Shown here: piece after piece, positions 1 through 14,110 of the stretch
Layout of the letters: each line of letters opens with the position of its first letter
Numbering within the stretch: position 1 is the first letter of the stretch
Assembly: GCA_951406725.2 (NCBI GenBank)
Contig: OX597824.1
Span: 57,226,001 to 57,290,000 of the forward strand
DNA from: Octopus vulgaris
Taxonomy: Eukaryota
Reading direction: 5' to 3'
DNA: 64,000 nucleotides
The notes under the pieces: model-generated
Database searches by the model: none
Told to the model about the DNA's origin: nothing
Seen by the model: only the letters and a program-made list of their open reading frames with translations
Translations under genes and position numbers: made by a program

Positions 1-1267
1 AACAAAAGGATAGAAATGTTTGAATACTTTTGAGTATATACCAAACTTTTACCACAATAGAGGGAGGAAAAGAAATTATCCAGAAATAGTTTCATATTTA
101 TACATATTATACACTTAAATACTAGCTCATTAGATGGTATCTGTGAATATTGATTAATTGGTATATACCGGTATTAATAATGGAGTATTGAGGTAAAAGG
201 ACATGCTAATTATATATTAATAAAATTATAATCTAAGCAGTTTTTTAAAAATAAGTAGTGAATATACCAATATAGTTTCATATAAGCTAAGTATGAACTT
301 ATAGAGGTACAAAAATTAGATTAATTTTCTAAATAAATAATGGCTAATTATAAAATAATCAAGTAGGGCAGAACACCATAGAAAAGGAATAGAAAAAGCT
401 TAATCTCTAAAACCATGATAAAGTATATGTAGCTTTTTAACACCAATAGAGAAGATTTATAGAAAATATAATAATAATTCAAAATATATTAGACTAAAAA
501 TTATATATTTACTTATTTAGCTAATATCAATAAAAGATTGATGTCTGGTATCAGCTAAAGGAATATTTAAGTTATGGAACATTCATATTTTACACTAATT
601 TTTTTAAAACTAAGAGTTATATTGTAGGTTTAAGAAGTTATTGTTACTCCCTACATGATATTTATAGTTTCTTAGTGGTATTGTTTAGAAGAATTATTTA
701 TATAAAGGCCCTTATAAATACTAAGATCAGGAGGGTAGAGCCATTTAAGAAAGGGATAAATCAAGTAATTTTTAAAGATCATTTCAGACAATATTGCCTT
801 ATAGTATAAAGTTAAAATTTAGGGTAATCAAGAAGATTATTAAGAATGAAAATTTTAACAAAAGGATACCACTTCTTTGAATATTTCGAGTGTATACCAA
901 GTTTTACCACAAAGAGGAAAAGAAAATTACAAAGAAATAGTTTAATATTTTTTTACTTGTTATTTATCTAAATATTAACTTATTAGATGGTTTCTATGGA
1001 GATTGATCAATTGGATTTAACTGGTATTTAATGAAGGAGCACTGAGGTTAAAGAACATGTCAACTATATACTGATTTAATTAAACTGAATTATTTTAAGT
1101 TGTGGAGATACCAGTATTATCTTATATAAGCTGAGTATGAATTAATAGGGACACAAGGATTAGATTTATTTAAGAGTAATAATAGTAGTAGTAGTAGTAG
1201 CAGCAATAATAATAATAATAATAATCATAATCATAATAATAATAATGATAATAATAATAATAATAAC

Positions 1268-2712
1268 TAGATAATAACATGAACTAGATAAGACACAACA
1301 CAAACAAATGAAAGAGAAAATAAAAAAAGAATATTATAGACGAGTTAGATCAATACTAAACACAGAGCTCAATGCTAAAAACAAGATAATAGGTATCAAC
1401 ACTTTAGCTGTCCCAGTTATAAGTTACAGCTACAATATCCTTAACTGGACACGAAATGAACTGACCAAAATAGATAGGAAAACAAGAAAAATAATGACAG
1501 GATCTAGGATGCATCACCCAAAATCTGACATAGAAAGACTATATATACAACGTATAGAAGGTGGTAGAGGCCTTATACAGCTGGAAAACTACTATAAAAT
1601 AACCACCATAGGACTGCAAAAATATCTACTTCAGAAGGAAGGAAAATTGATCCAGATAGCGGCAAAACACGAGCAAAACAAAAAACTGTTCTCAGTATTT
1701 AAGGAAGCTGACAAATACAAACAAGAAATCATACCACCTAATAAACATGAAGAAGAAGAAGAAGATGAAGAAACAACAAAAGCTATAAAACAAATGAAAT
1801 CCAAACTAAAAATAGAACAGCAACGAACCATGATAAAACGATGGCAAGAAAAGCCCCTTCATGGTAAATACTGCACTAAACTAAACGCAAAAGAAATAGA
1901 CAAAGAAAAATCCCAGCAATGGTTGAGAAGCTCAGGACTCAAAGCAGAAACAGAGGGATTTTTAATTGCAGCACAAGACCAAAGCCTCCCCACCAGAAAT
2001 TACCAAAAACATGTAATGAAAAGAAATATTACAAGTAACTGCAGAATATGTGGAGATGGACAAGAAACAATAAATCATATTATCTCTAGCTGCCCAGTCT
2101 TGGCTAAGAAGGAATATATTCACAGACATGACAGAGTTGGAACCTACATACATTGGAAGCTATGCCAACATTATGGAATAACAACAGAAAAAAGATGGTA
2201 TAGGCACACACCAGAAAAGGTCACAGAAAACGAGAAAGCAACCATACTCTGGGATATGCCGATACACACAGAGAAAAATTAAGGCCAACAGACCAGATAT
2301 AGTTGTCAGAGATCATGAAGAAAAAAATGCTTTCTAATTGATGTATCAATACCGGCTGATGACAACGTGTCTCTAAAAGAAATGGAGAAACTCTCAAAAT
2401 ACAAAGACCTGGAAATAGAGGTAACTAGAATGTGGAATCTGAAAACAGAAACAATTCCTATCATAGTAGGTGCATTAGGCATGATAAAAAAATATTCAGA
2501 CAAATACATAACAAAAACACCAGGACTTACAAACACATATAACATACAGAAAATTGCACTACTAGGCACTGCACACATCCTACGCAGAACACTTTCCATA
2601 CAATAACCATCAGAGCATCACAACAAATCACAGCACATACCCAAGGCACACAGAGCTGTGCTCGGTAGTGAAGTGAAAGCACGCTATAAAAATAAAAAAA
2701 GAAGAAAAAAAG
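1268..2712 (+). mobile_element. 5'-truncated R4/Dong-clade non-LTR retrotransposon (RLE type) inserted in (AAT)n
   Basis: ORFs 1308-2282 and 2367-2606 carry HPKSDIERLY, AAQDQ, a CxxC-H-C knuckle (CRICG...HIISSC), RHD and KYKDL; the RPD motif lies in the frameshifted gap. A-rich tail; (AAT)n on both flanks. Confidence 0.9.
1308..2606 (+). pseudogene. RT C-terminus, zinc knuckle and restriction-like endonuclease of an R4/Dong LINE, frameshifted near 2275 and again near 2325
   Basis: Two consecutive ORFs with contiguous LINE motifs. Confidence 0.85.
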
Positions 2713-2776
<64 letters not shown>

Positions 2777-3624
2777 TAATAATAATAATAATAAGATGAT
2801 CAGTTAGGGTAGAGCACCATAGAAAAGGAATAAAGACAGCCTAATCCCTAAAAACCATGATAAAATATCCATACGTTATTAACTTCAATAGCAAAGATTT
2901 ATAGAAAAGGTATAATAATTTAAGTATTATGAGCTAAAAATTGTTAATTAGCTTATTTAGCTTATTATAATCAGGACTGAAACCCGGTATTGATTAAAAG
3001 AATAATAGTTGTCAAAGGACTTGCTAATTATATACTAATATTAAATTAAGAGGTATAATAAAGACTTTAAAAGTTGTGTTAATCCATAAATGATATTGCA
3101 GTTTCTTAGGGGTACTTAATTAGAAGGGCTGCTTGTATATGGCCAATGTAAATACCAAAATTAGGAGGACGGAACACTTTAAGAAAGGGATAAAAAAACT
3201 TAGTTACTAAAACAATTTTAAACAATATATTCATATTGTATAAAGTTAAAATTTAGGTTTTATCAGGAAGATTTATTACTGAGGTGAAAGAACAAATTTA
3301 CTATAAATTAGTTAAATTATAATCTAAGCAGTTTAATTTTAAGTTGTGAAGATACCCATATTGTTTTTTAAAAGCTAAGTATGAATTTATAGGGGTAGAA
3401 ACATTTTAGGTTTATCTAAAGGCAATTATAAAGTATTAAAATGATCAGGTAGGGTAGAACACCATAGAAAAGGATATAAGATAGCTTAATCACTAAAATC
3501 ATGATGAAGTGTATATACAACTTCAATAGAGGAGATTTATAGAAAATATGTAATAATTCAAGTATTTAAAACTAAAAGTTGTTTATTTACATTATAGGTT
3601 TTAAATCACAATATCAATAAAGTG

Positions 3625-4375
3625 CTACTTTCTAAAATATTCAAAGGTACGGGTGGCATTATGTACACATAATATCTTAAGGTCTAATCGATTATTAATC
3701 AGGTTGCCATTATCTTTACGCTTAAAAAATTCACATGTTTCCATAGAGCACAGCTCACAAGCATTTCTGCTTTTTCTATAAGGCTGAGCTTTTCTTATTA
3801 TTTCCCATTTGAGGCTAAACCCAATTCTTTCAATTCCCATATCTTACTGGATACAATTCGCCTTATGTTTAAGTTTAAAGGACGACACGTGATTGCATAT
3901 ACGCTGTTTCAAATTAATCGAACAACTGAAGTAAATATAATTATTAGTTGTAGTTATTATTGTGCATTTATATACAACGTTCTGGGTAAGACATCGGCCT
4001 AATAACCGACAGCGATATTTAACCCTACAATTGCAACTAGGAGAATTATTATTATTAATATTAGTATTATTAAAATTTAAATTACCATATTTATTTTTAT
4101 TGTAAATATTTTCGCTATTAATAATTCTATTATCAAGTATGTTATGTTCACATCTGTTATTTTCTAACTCCACTTCAATCATATTATCATATAAGATCGC
4201 CTCTGCATCATCAGACATACTAATAGTTTCCATTCCTGTATATGTACTGGAACTATAATCTATAATCTATTCACTCCATCATCATCATCAATACTACTAT
4301 TTTCATTTTGGGGGTTTAAGTTATAACTGACAGTACTGTTATTACTATTATTATTAATATTTTTATTATCATTGC

Positions 4376-4438
<63 letters not shown>

Positions 4439-4680
4439 CAACAATTCTGGCTAATTTTATATTTTTCCTATTTTATCTAGCTATGATGGTACCTATATTT
4501 GGGAGAGTAGAGTATGAGATTCTAACTGTCTTACGTGAAAATATTCTATTACATCTATGGGATGTAGGGAAGTTATTTTCTAAAATAGCCATAAATTTTC
4601 TATATATGTTTGTGGATAATGATTAGTTGTATGGGATATTGAACCAGACAAGATTCTTACCTTTAAATTTTTTGGTGTAA
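3625..4680 (-). mobile_element. Penelope-like element (Neptune-type) fragment: linker and GIY-YIG endonuclease
   Basis: CNCR...C...CLTQNVVYKC...YIY, LKWEII, CELC in ORFs 3844-4233 and 3625-3840; WFNIPYN...RISYST read upstream on the minus strand. Confidence 0.85.
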
Positions 4681-4839
4681 CTCTATGCAACTTCATGTCT
4701 TTGTGCAGCTGCATTTTAAATTGATGTAATGATTGCATATGTATTTCTACATATAATCCTATATATTGTTATCAAAAAAGGGGTCGAATTAATTAATTGT
4801 TAATAAATTCGACCAAGCAGTATTCGGTATGTAAAGACC

Positions 4840-4881
4840 ATTTACGGTATATTTGAAGTATACTTCAAATATACCGTAAAT
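4840..4881. repeat. Perfect 42-bp palindrome
   Basis: atttacggtatatttgaagta|tacttcaaatataccgtaaat. Confidence 0.95.
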
Positions 4882-5619
4882 TAATACTTTAAATTAATAC
4901 TTCAAATATACCTATAATCCTATATATATATATATAATCACGTGACCTTGTGCGAAAGAAATCAATATTTCATGTTCCTCGAATTAAGGATAAGTAATTA
5001 AAATAAATGAAAGATGCTAATTTCCATTCTTATTAGCAACTTAGTTATCGAATCAATTAGGCCCCGCTTTACAATTTTGTGCTTTAACTGATCCAGAAAA
5101 TACTTTAATGTGGAATATATTTAAGAGATACAACAGTTGTTATTGCTAGCCGCATAACGCGGCAGATGAACTGCTGTTCCTTCACATTACTAAACTGTTA
5201 TTTCTACCCCTGACAGAATGACATGTCACTCTACTATTTATGTAGAGTGACATAGCATTGTACTAATATTTACCGCTGTTACAACCTACAGAGTGTGACA
5301 AAGAGCCTTCAATGTTTTTGACAATGTTTTTGACAAATGCTTGGTGTGCACTTGTCCAAACATGATCGTAACAGCTAAAGACAGTCCCAAATAAATCAGG
5401 AAGGCATTAGTTACATGGAGACATTGTTACCACCTCCCTTATTCCGCTAGCTAATATGCATCGAAACAACAAAATTGAAAGGCTTTTTTCTGCTGTACCC
5501 TGTAGCAACATTCCACCGAAATTACCTTTCACCTCCATAGAATAAGTTACTTGTTATATACAGTCTCCTATAACATTTCCTCTCAACGTTGTGACCATTT
5601 CCTTATATATTGCTTTCAG

Positions 5620-5822
5620 ATTTTTTCACAAGACCAGCAAATTTGGGGGAGGGGATAAGTCGGTTACATCGACTCCAGTCCTCAACTAATACTTATATTA
5701 TCAACTCCGAAAGGATGAAAGGCAAAATCAACCTCGGCGGTATTTGAACTCAGAACGTAAACAATGACGAAATGCCCCTGTTTTACACGGTTTTGCTAAC
5801 GATTCTGACAGCTCGCCGCCTC
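5620..5822 (-). mobile_element. tRNA-type SINE, family B
   Basis: Similar to 41637-41869 (gttctgagttcaaat B-box, ctttcatccttt, tcgatgtaa). Confidence 0.75.
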
Positions 5823-8800
5823 CATTTGCTTGCATATTAGAAATTCTTCTTTACGAATGGCAATAATCGCCAATAAATGTAAAAGTTAGGTGAATAGTTT
5901 TATCGACACTGGAGTTTTATCAACATCGGAAAAAGCAAAAGCAAAGTTTACGAATTTCAACTTTAAATAAATGGAACTCAACCACGCCAAGTTATTACTC
6001 AGCGCTCCACTGGCTCTGCCATATAGACTTTGTGCACGCGCTTCTTGCTTTCTTATTTCATCAATATCATTTTTTAGCAAAACAGTTTACAATAAGGGAA
6101 ACTTTAAGGACAATAACAAAGATACCACCACCACCACTACCGAGACTGTTTTAAATTGGTTGTAGGATAATAAATCAGTTGGTACGCAACAACAACTACA
6201 AAAATAATCCTTTCATTACGTACATTGTTTACATTAGTCGGATTGGTGTCCTCATCTTGATAGTTGCTTTCGCTACGTTTCGATTGCTGTACGCTCCAGT
6301 TTTCTTCAGGTATCTTCTGATACAGATTAGTGCCTTGTCTGGAATTGAACTCTCAACCTCTAGGTTTATAAGCCTTAAAGATTCACTCAGTCCTGCCTTC
6401 GGGCATAGTGAAGTGGATAAAGACGTTATTTGCTGAGCAGTCACCTAGTGGTTATGACAACAACAACAATTATAATAAGAATAATAATGATAATGAAATG
6501 ATGATGATGATGATGATGATGATTCCTTTACAAATAAAGACATCAGTAAGTAATAGTGGTAGTCGTGCTGGTTATAGTTGTATTTGTAGTAGCAGGTTTA
6601 TTTTTTGAATACACAAAATACTAGTAAACAATCATAGAATGCAAGCGAGGACGAGAAGAAGAAGAAGAAGAAGAAGAAGAAGAAGAAGAAGAAGAAGAAG
6701 AAGAAGAAGAACAACAACAACAACAACAACAGCAACAAAAAATACGTGAGACACATTCATTTGACTTCCTAATAAGAAAATGTCCGCTGTTTTGTTACTG
6801 GCCTTTCGGAGGCGTTTACCGGATATTAATCCTTTCATCTGAAAGATTAATAAAGTGTCATCGCAAAAGTAAAAATAATAAAAAAAACGTAGATTTAAAA
6901 TTAAATATAAAAAAGCACATCACTGTCTTAATATTTTCAATGTGGTGTTATGTAGGAATTCCGTGGCAGAAGTAAATTGTCCGTAAACGGAAATAATTGT
7001 CCGGGTTTGATTACATTTCGAAAAACTTTTACTTTATATACGTTGTTAACTCAAGCACGGGCCTCTCCTTGACCGCACGAATTGCATAAAATAGCAGCTA
7101 AACTTCCGTTAAACCACACCATACTATCATAAATAAAGAAATAGCAGAGAAATATAGCCAAAGATATACGAAAAGACGGAATGGCTGCAATAGGAAAATC
7201 TTTTACCATAGATAAGTTTGAACAGACATAACTTTGGGCTACACACCAACAGCAACAACGACAGTAACAGTAAGTACAACAATAGCAGCAACAACAACAG
7301 TAGCAATAACAACAATAATAACAGGAACAACAATGACAACAACAACAACAATAGCAAGAACAACAGCAGCAGCAACAACGACTACAACTCATGAGTACCC
7401 ATACAGACTGATGCTTCCTTGTTATAAATTCTTTGTTTTGTGCCTCAGAAATTAAATTGAGCAAATTGAAGACACAACAATTAAAGCAAAATAAATTCAC
7501 TAAACATTGATAACGTAGAATGTCAAGAACATCATAAAACCAGTTTCTCTTGTTCCTGTAAAATTCGAAAGTTTTCCGTCTAGCTAAACGGTAAACATTT
7601 CAAAATGCCCTTCATTAAAAGAAGATTCTATAATTAATTATTTTAGTTGGAGTAGGTACAGATATAGGCACACACAGACACACGCACAGGAAAATACACA
7701 TACAGGCAAACATACGCACATTTATACCGATGTACATGCGCACATATCCACATATGTTCGTACATACACACCATGCATATACATCTCCACAAGCAAAACC
7801 ACAGTGGCTGTTCATCCATAATGACACATAAATTAAATCGTGTGATTTAACTTATGTGTCGATATGGATGAGATATATAATCAAAGACGTTCTGGCTATG
7901 ACCATTCAGTCAAGCACAATGTATCGAGGATTACACTACCTATTACACCGTCTCTAACTTAATACGATACATCCTCGTTTCAGAGTGTGTTGTTTGGTAT
8001 TTCTAGCACATCAGGTGACCACACTGAAGCATCCTCCTTAAGTCAAAATCTGACACATTTAGCTATGGGTTTAAAGATGTATGTCAGAGAAACACATTCA
8101 AACTATTGAGGGCTGAAATCACAGGATCAGAAACCATATTACAACATATTGAACATCAAAACAAATCTATTTTGATGAGGTTGGGCGGTCAGCCATTGGT
8201 TAGGTCAGAAAGGTGAATCAATGAAGTCGGGTGACTGACCATTTTTGTCCGCAAACACCTGGATGTTATGGAGCAATATTTGAGAGAGAACTGTAATTTT
8301 GCGGAGCAATTTCTTGTGAAATTTAAGGAGATTCTTGGATCAAGCCCACTATGTATCATTTTGGGAAAAAATGTCATATTCTGTAGCTTCGTCTCGACAG
8401 AAGACGGAAACTGTATAGAAGCCCAGTGAATGGATTGTACGTCTAATACAAACGTTACAGCCTTTCCACATACTGTATCACGGTGTTTCTGCTTTAAAAT
8501 AAGTACATTAAATGTACGCTCATGTGTGGAACACTTGGCCAGTTACACACTAATTCAATGAGCAGGATATTCGGTTCATCGAATCTTTATTGTCTGAACG
8601 GATGGAGAATCGTAATACATACGTACATATGTAAATACTTTGAAACACACACACGCACACACACGTATGTGTGTGTGTATATACAAATAAATGTATGTAT
8701 GTATATGTATATTTGCATACACGCACGCATGCATACACATATACACACCCATCCACCCACCCACACACACATATTGTCTTGGCTATCCCACGAGATCGAG

Positions 8801-8869
8801 GATGGTGGTCTTTGCTTTTTTAAAAATAGTTATTGATGGATCCTGATGAGTTCGATTCTTGCTGGGTAG

Positions 8870-11180
8870 TTTTTTCCACAAGTGGAATAGAATATTAAAG
8901 ATGGAAGGTTTCTTGTTTGTTCTTGTCTATCTTTTCTGTGCATCCTCTTTTCTTCTTGCTTGGCAGCCCTACTGGTCTCAAAGGTTGCTATTTCCTTTTT
9001 GTTGATGGGTCTCCAGCGTTCTCAATCTTGAGCATTTCTCTCTCAATTCACAGCGTCAGTATTACATTTCTTGAAGTTGGCTTTTAGGACATCTTTGAAT
9101 CTTTTCTTTTACCCTCATTTTCGCCTTCCTTCTTTTATTTGAGAGTAGAGAAGTTGCTTCGATAAAAGGTTGTTTTTCATCCGGACAAGATGACTAGTCC
9201 ATTTCAGTTGTTTCTGGATGAGGATAGCTTCAATGGAGATCATGTTGACTTCTTTCAACATACTGTTCAAATGCATCGATCCTGAAATATTCTCGTTCAG
9301 AGATGGCCAAAGGCAGCACCGGCGCTTTCGAGACGATGCTGGATTTCGTCATATATGTCAGCATTGGAAGAGAGGCGAGTTCCCAGATACGAAAAACGAT
9401 ACACGCTTTCTAAGACTACGCCCTCGATTCCAGAGTCTGTTTGCGCACTGTTTGCATCCATTGGTGATGGTTGGGAGATGACTTGTGTCTTCTTGCTGGG
9501 ACTTGATGGTGAGTCCCAGTTTTCTGTAACCTTGATGGAAAGCATTGAGTGTATGTTGTAAATTTTCTTCGGATAATACTGCAATGCAGTCGTAAGCACA
9601 TTGACACGCGATGATGAAGCATTTCAAGATTTTGTTTTTGAACCTCAATCGGGCAAGACTGAAAAGTTTGGAATCGGTTCGATAAATAACTTCAATTCCT
9701 AGTGGGAGATCATCTTTAATGATTTCAATGATGGTGGCAATTCTGACGATGAAAAGTGTGAGAGCTATGACGCAGTCTTGTATCACTTCTGATCTTACTT
9801 GAGCTGATTCAGTGTCACTGTTGTTGACTAGGACCCTCGTACGCATGTTCCTTCCAAATGGCGTTGACAGCAACATCAGATTTCAAGATGGTGTTACTAT
9901 CTTTGTTTTTGAGAAGGGTTTGATCATGCATCGAAGGACAGCCTTAGTTGCGTTGAAGAAGCCCTGTTGAATTTCATGGGTCTTTTCCCTCCACCATCGT
10001 CGTTTTAGGTATCGTGTAACCCTTTGAACGGCGGCTTTGCATCCTTGGTACTTTTTCTTCTTGCTGACAGACTTCCGATCATTTTTAGAGCAATGAAGGC
10101 ATTTCTTTTGTTGTCGATGAGTTGGTGAAATTGTTCATAATTTTCATCACACCAATCTTGATGCTTCCTGGTCTTGAAACAAAGCGTTTCTTTGCAGGTG
10201 GTGATGATGGGAATTTTGGGCTAGTTCCAGTCTTCTTCGACAGTTTGTGACAAATTTTTAGGCAGATATTCCTGGTGATTTTGTTGTAATCGTTCGTGCA
10301 TTTGGCATCCTGAAGTTTTTCAACATAGAATTTCTTGCTTCTATTCTGGTCTCACCGTTTCTTTTTCATCGAATCTTCATTTTTATGGAGAAGGAAATAA
10401 GGCGATGGTTTGTCCAACATCCACTTGCATCTGTGACGGTTTGGGTCATCAGCACATCTTGGTGGTCACGGGATTATATAATGACATGATCAATCAGGTG
10501 TCAGTGGATATTGCCACGAAGCTTTGCTTTTCTGGTGAAATAAGATATTGGTAATCACCAGATCATGCTCAGCACACTTGGTGGAAAGTGTCCTGTTGGT
10601 GTTAACACTGCCAGTTCCTTCTTTTCTGATGGTTCCAGTGCAGAGCCTGTGGTCTCTGCCGACTCTAGCATTAAAGTCACAAAATAGCACAATCTTGTCT
10701 TTTGGAGTGGAAGATAGTACCTCATCGAGATGAGCGTAAAAGTTTTCCGTCACGTCGTCTTCAGCGTCCAAGGTTAGAGCATAGGGGTTGATACTAGTGA
10801 CGTGTTTATTTCTATAGAACATAATCCTCAGTGTCATAAGTCTTTCACCGATTCCGAGAGATTGCTTTGTCAGTTTATGAAACAGGCTATTTCCGACGGC
10901 AAATCTCACATCATAGATCCTAGGTTGTACAAGGTAAATACGTTTCTCCTATTCTTCTAGTCTCAATCAGAGCAACGATGTTGAACTTTTGAAGTTCACA
11001 AGCCTTCATCCACGTTCTCAGCTGTTGGGTAGGTAGCTTCATCCACCTGACCCGTCGTTCAAAATAGTAGAATACTTTTGGTCTGGTTGCTATTGATAGT
11101 CTCTTCAAATATGGCTGCACCTGTTCAGCATGACCCTACGAGATCCCAGCAGCCCACAAGCCTCTACAAAACGAACAAGG
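8870..11180 (-). mobile_element. Degenerate RTE (BovB-like) LINE with internal deletion
   Basis: APE motifs (ERLMTLRI, DFNARVG, LVITN) in ORF 10490-10909; RT motifs (QDCVIALTLF, AYDC, FSYLG) in ORFs 9358-9876 and 9297-9599. Confidence 0.85.
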
Positions 11181-11201
11181 TAGTATCCCAGGTACTATAT
11201 T

Positions 11202-11254
<53 letters not shown>

Positions 11255-11289
11255 GTAAACATAATATGTGACAATTATTCGGTAGCCAT

Positions 11290-11350
11290 GATAAAATTCC
11301 GAGTTTCGGGGGTCGGAGCGGAAACCCACGCCGGCATCTCTTCAGCTATC
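11290..11350 (-). ncRNA. Type I hammerhead ribozyme motif
   Basis: GAUAG CUGAAGA [stem II] GAAAC UCG GA AUU UUAUC. Confidence 0.6.
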
Positions 11351-12050
11351 GGGCCATCGAAAAAATTGCTATGAAAATGACCGTTAAACAAAGGGAAAAA
11401 GCTGTGTGATTGTCCGTTATTAAGACAAAGGAACTATTAGAATAACCACTAAGTAAGGGGAGGGAGTAAAGGTAAGGGAGTAAAAATGTTCATAGTAATC
11501 GCGTAAGCGCGCATGTCCATACATACACACGCGCGCCCGAAATGTGTATATGGAATTTTTCGTGCACGCGCATATAGATGTATGCGTGTGTGCAGGTACG
11601 TGGGCATATAGATGTGTGTGTGTGCGCGCGTGCATGCAAGTGTGTGCGTATATAGACGTGTTTTACGCTTATTGCTTATTTTTTTACACTTTTTTTGCAC
11701 AATTGTCTGTATTTTGCCTTTAGCCCTGTTTTTTCTTGTACATGTGAGTATATAGACATGTGCGTGTGTGTGTGCGAGCGTGTATGCGGGTATGTATATA
11801 TTTTTTGGCGAATGTGTGGGTGAGGATGTGTGCGTTTCAAGTGAGGGTGGATGAGTATATACATATAGACGCTTGCATGCATGGACATGCGCGCTTACAC
11901 GATTATTGTGAACATTTTTACTCCCTTACCTTTATCCCTTCCCTTACTTAGCGGTCATTCTAATAGCTCTTTTGTCTTAATAACGATCAATCACACAGTA
12001 ATTTGCCTTTGTTTTAACAGTCATTTTCATAGCATTTTTTTCGATGGCAC

Positions 12051-12111
12051 GATAACTAAAGAGATGCCGGCGTGGGTTTCCGCCCTGACATCCGAAACTC
12101 GGAGTTTTATC
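12051..12111 (+). ncRNA. Type I hammerhead motif with a core mutation (CUAAAGA)
   Basis: Stem I GAUAA/UUAUC; stem II GAUG..GGCG/CGCC..CAUC; GAAACUCGGAGUU. Confidence 0.55.
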
Positions 12112-12213
12112 ATAGCTACTGAATAATTGTCACATATTATATTTACAGATAAATTCCTCTATTTACATAATATCGAGGTCTCTTTTATTATTTTGTTGTC
12201 TTGCCATTTCTAT

Positions 12214-12262
<49 letters not shown>

Positions 12263-12443
12263 AAACAACACTCAGATGCCTCGACACATATATGCACGTA
12301 CACACACTTACACACACACACACACACTCACACAATAATAACTTACTAATAAACGTTAACTGAGAAATTTTAAATATCAAATTATGCCCTTTGGTTTCAG
12401 TTGAATATAAATTACTATTATTGTGAAGCCAGTTATGATGATG

Positions 12444-12522
<79 letters not shown>

Positions 12523-12619
12523 GATGTGAGAACTATTACTACCCATGTATTTTAATTTAACTTTATTTCTATCCCCCCCCCAAAAAAAAAATAACGAATT
12601 AGTGAGTTTAGTTTAATAG

Positions 12620-12725
12620 CCTACCAATGTATACTATGAGTTTCCTTGCCCTAGGAGTCGGGAAGACACTCAGCAAGAAATGGAAGCAAATTTGAAAGAA
12701 GAAGAAAAACCCATAACATAAACAA
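12620..12725 (+). mobile_element. Dong-like LINE 3'UTR fragment
   Basis: tgccctagg...acactc.gc.agaaa.ggaag.aaatttgaa matches 36011-36060; followed by (AAT)n. Confidence 0.65.
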
Positions 12726-12726
12726 C

Positions 12727-12770
<44 letters not shown>

Positions 12771-12814
12771 TAATAAAAATAATAATAATAATAATAATAA
12801 TAATGATGATGATG

Positions 12815-12886
<72 letters not shown>

Positions 12887-12888
12887 GT

Positions 12889-13466
12889 AATGCAGTACCA
12901 GGTAGTGGCTTTCAATGCCCTGATACAGCACCAGGCAGTGGTTTTCATGGCTTCTCATCTTAACTGATTGGAAGTGTTATCATGTATATTGTTTTGTCTT
13001 GGTTTAAAAGATGGGCTACAGCAAATATTCTGCTCAATACCACAGATTTGCTTGTCAGTTGTTTGATTTTAAATAGTTGAGCATGTCACTTAGTGGCTGA
13101 CGATATGTGCATTTTTGATCACGAGCAGAAGTAGTGGGGGATAATAGCCGAGTGTTGAAAGGAATTCTTTGAAGTTTGGATAATTCACCTCTGGAAATAT
13201 GGGTGTTCCGTTCAATATCCTTAAACAATCCCTATTCCAGGACCGTTTGAGCGGGATGAGCAACTCGACTTGAAAATATTCTAACTGGCCCATATCTGCA
13301 AGATCATGCGCTGTTAATCGTGATATGAGATCACCATGTCGTACGCATTTGTTTGTGATGCATGTGCCTGGTGTACCCTTATCAAATGGGTAGTCATGAT
13401 GGGTATACTGGGCTACGTATATACCACCCCAGTGTCACTTTGATGGCATGCACTGCTCTCTCACTC
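12889..13466 (+). mobile_element. Unclassified ~570-bp interspersed repeat embedded in (AAT)n
   Basis: Homologous copies at 16900-17362 (-) and 43566-43890 (+); all abut (AAT)n. Confidence 0.8.
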
Positions 13467-13523
<57 letters not shown>

Positions 13524-14030
13524 AATAATGATGATAATGATAATAAAAATGTTGTTGATGACGATGATATGATAATGATGATCGTGATGATTTCTTTTAA
13601 TCTAAAAAAAATCTATTTGTCGAAACAAAATTCAATTTTTAATAATAACAATAATCAAACAGAATTGAGAAGAGGAACGGAAACTGTTAATTCAATAGAT
13701 GCCGGTATCTTTTGGACAGAGGTCACTTTATCGTCCGCTGGGTATGACAAACAGTGTTCATTCCACCGGGATTTGAACTGATAACGTGAACAGAAGTAAA
13801 CGAAATGGTACAAGTCACGTTAATGTGATGTTCCATCGCTTGTACGCACACAACCTATTGTCATTAAATGTATTAAGGAAAGACGACTTAATATAATTTC
13901 TTAAATAGAAGTATATATAAATATTAAATTAATTAAAACAACGTAGATCGAACTCGGGATTCATTAATATATACGCTCACAGACATATACATATACACAT
14001 TCATACATATATACATACATATTATAAATT

Positions 14031-14110
<80 letters not shown>

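Larger units (their letters stand above)
1..3620. repeat. Diverged tandem array of ~650-860 bp AT-rich units lying 3' of a Penelope-like ORF; unit 2 interrupted by a LINE
   Basis: Recurring anchors: aacaaaaggata at 1 and 857; caccatagaaaagga at 374, 2815 and 3460; aagct(a/g)agtatgaa at ~284, ~1128 and ~3372; tttaagaaagggataaa at ~744 and ~3178. Confidence 0.8.
11251..12216. mobile_element. Non-autonomous PLE-like element with ~275-bp inverted arms (11251-11525 / 11876-12150), flanked by (TA)n
   Basis: The arms are reverse complements and each carries a hammerhead motif. Confidence 0.8.

Noticed and set aside
5223-5253. 12-bp hairpin
   Set aside because: Isolated and short, with no supporting context
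6270-6315. CUGAAGA...GAAACGUA on the minus strand
   Set aside because: Stem I and the proximal stem II pair do not form; likely chance
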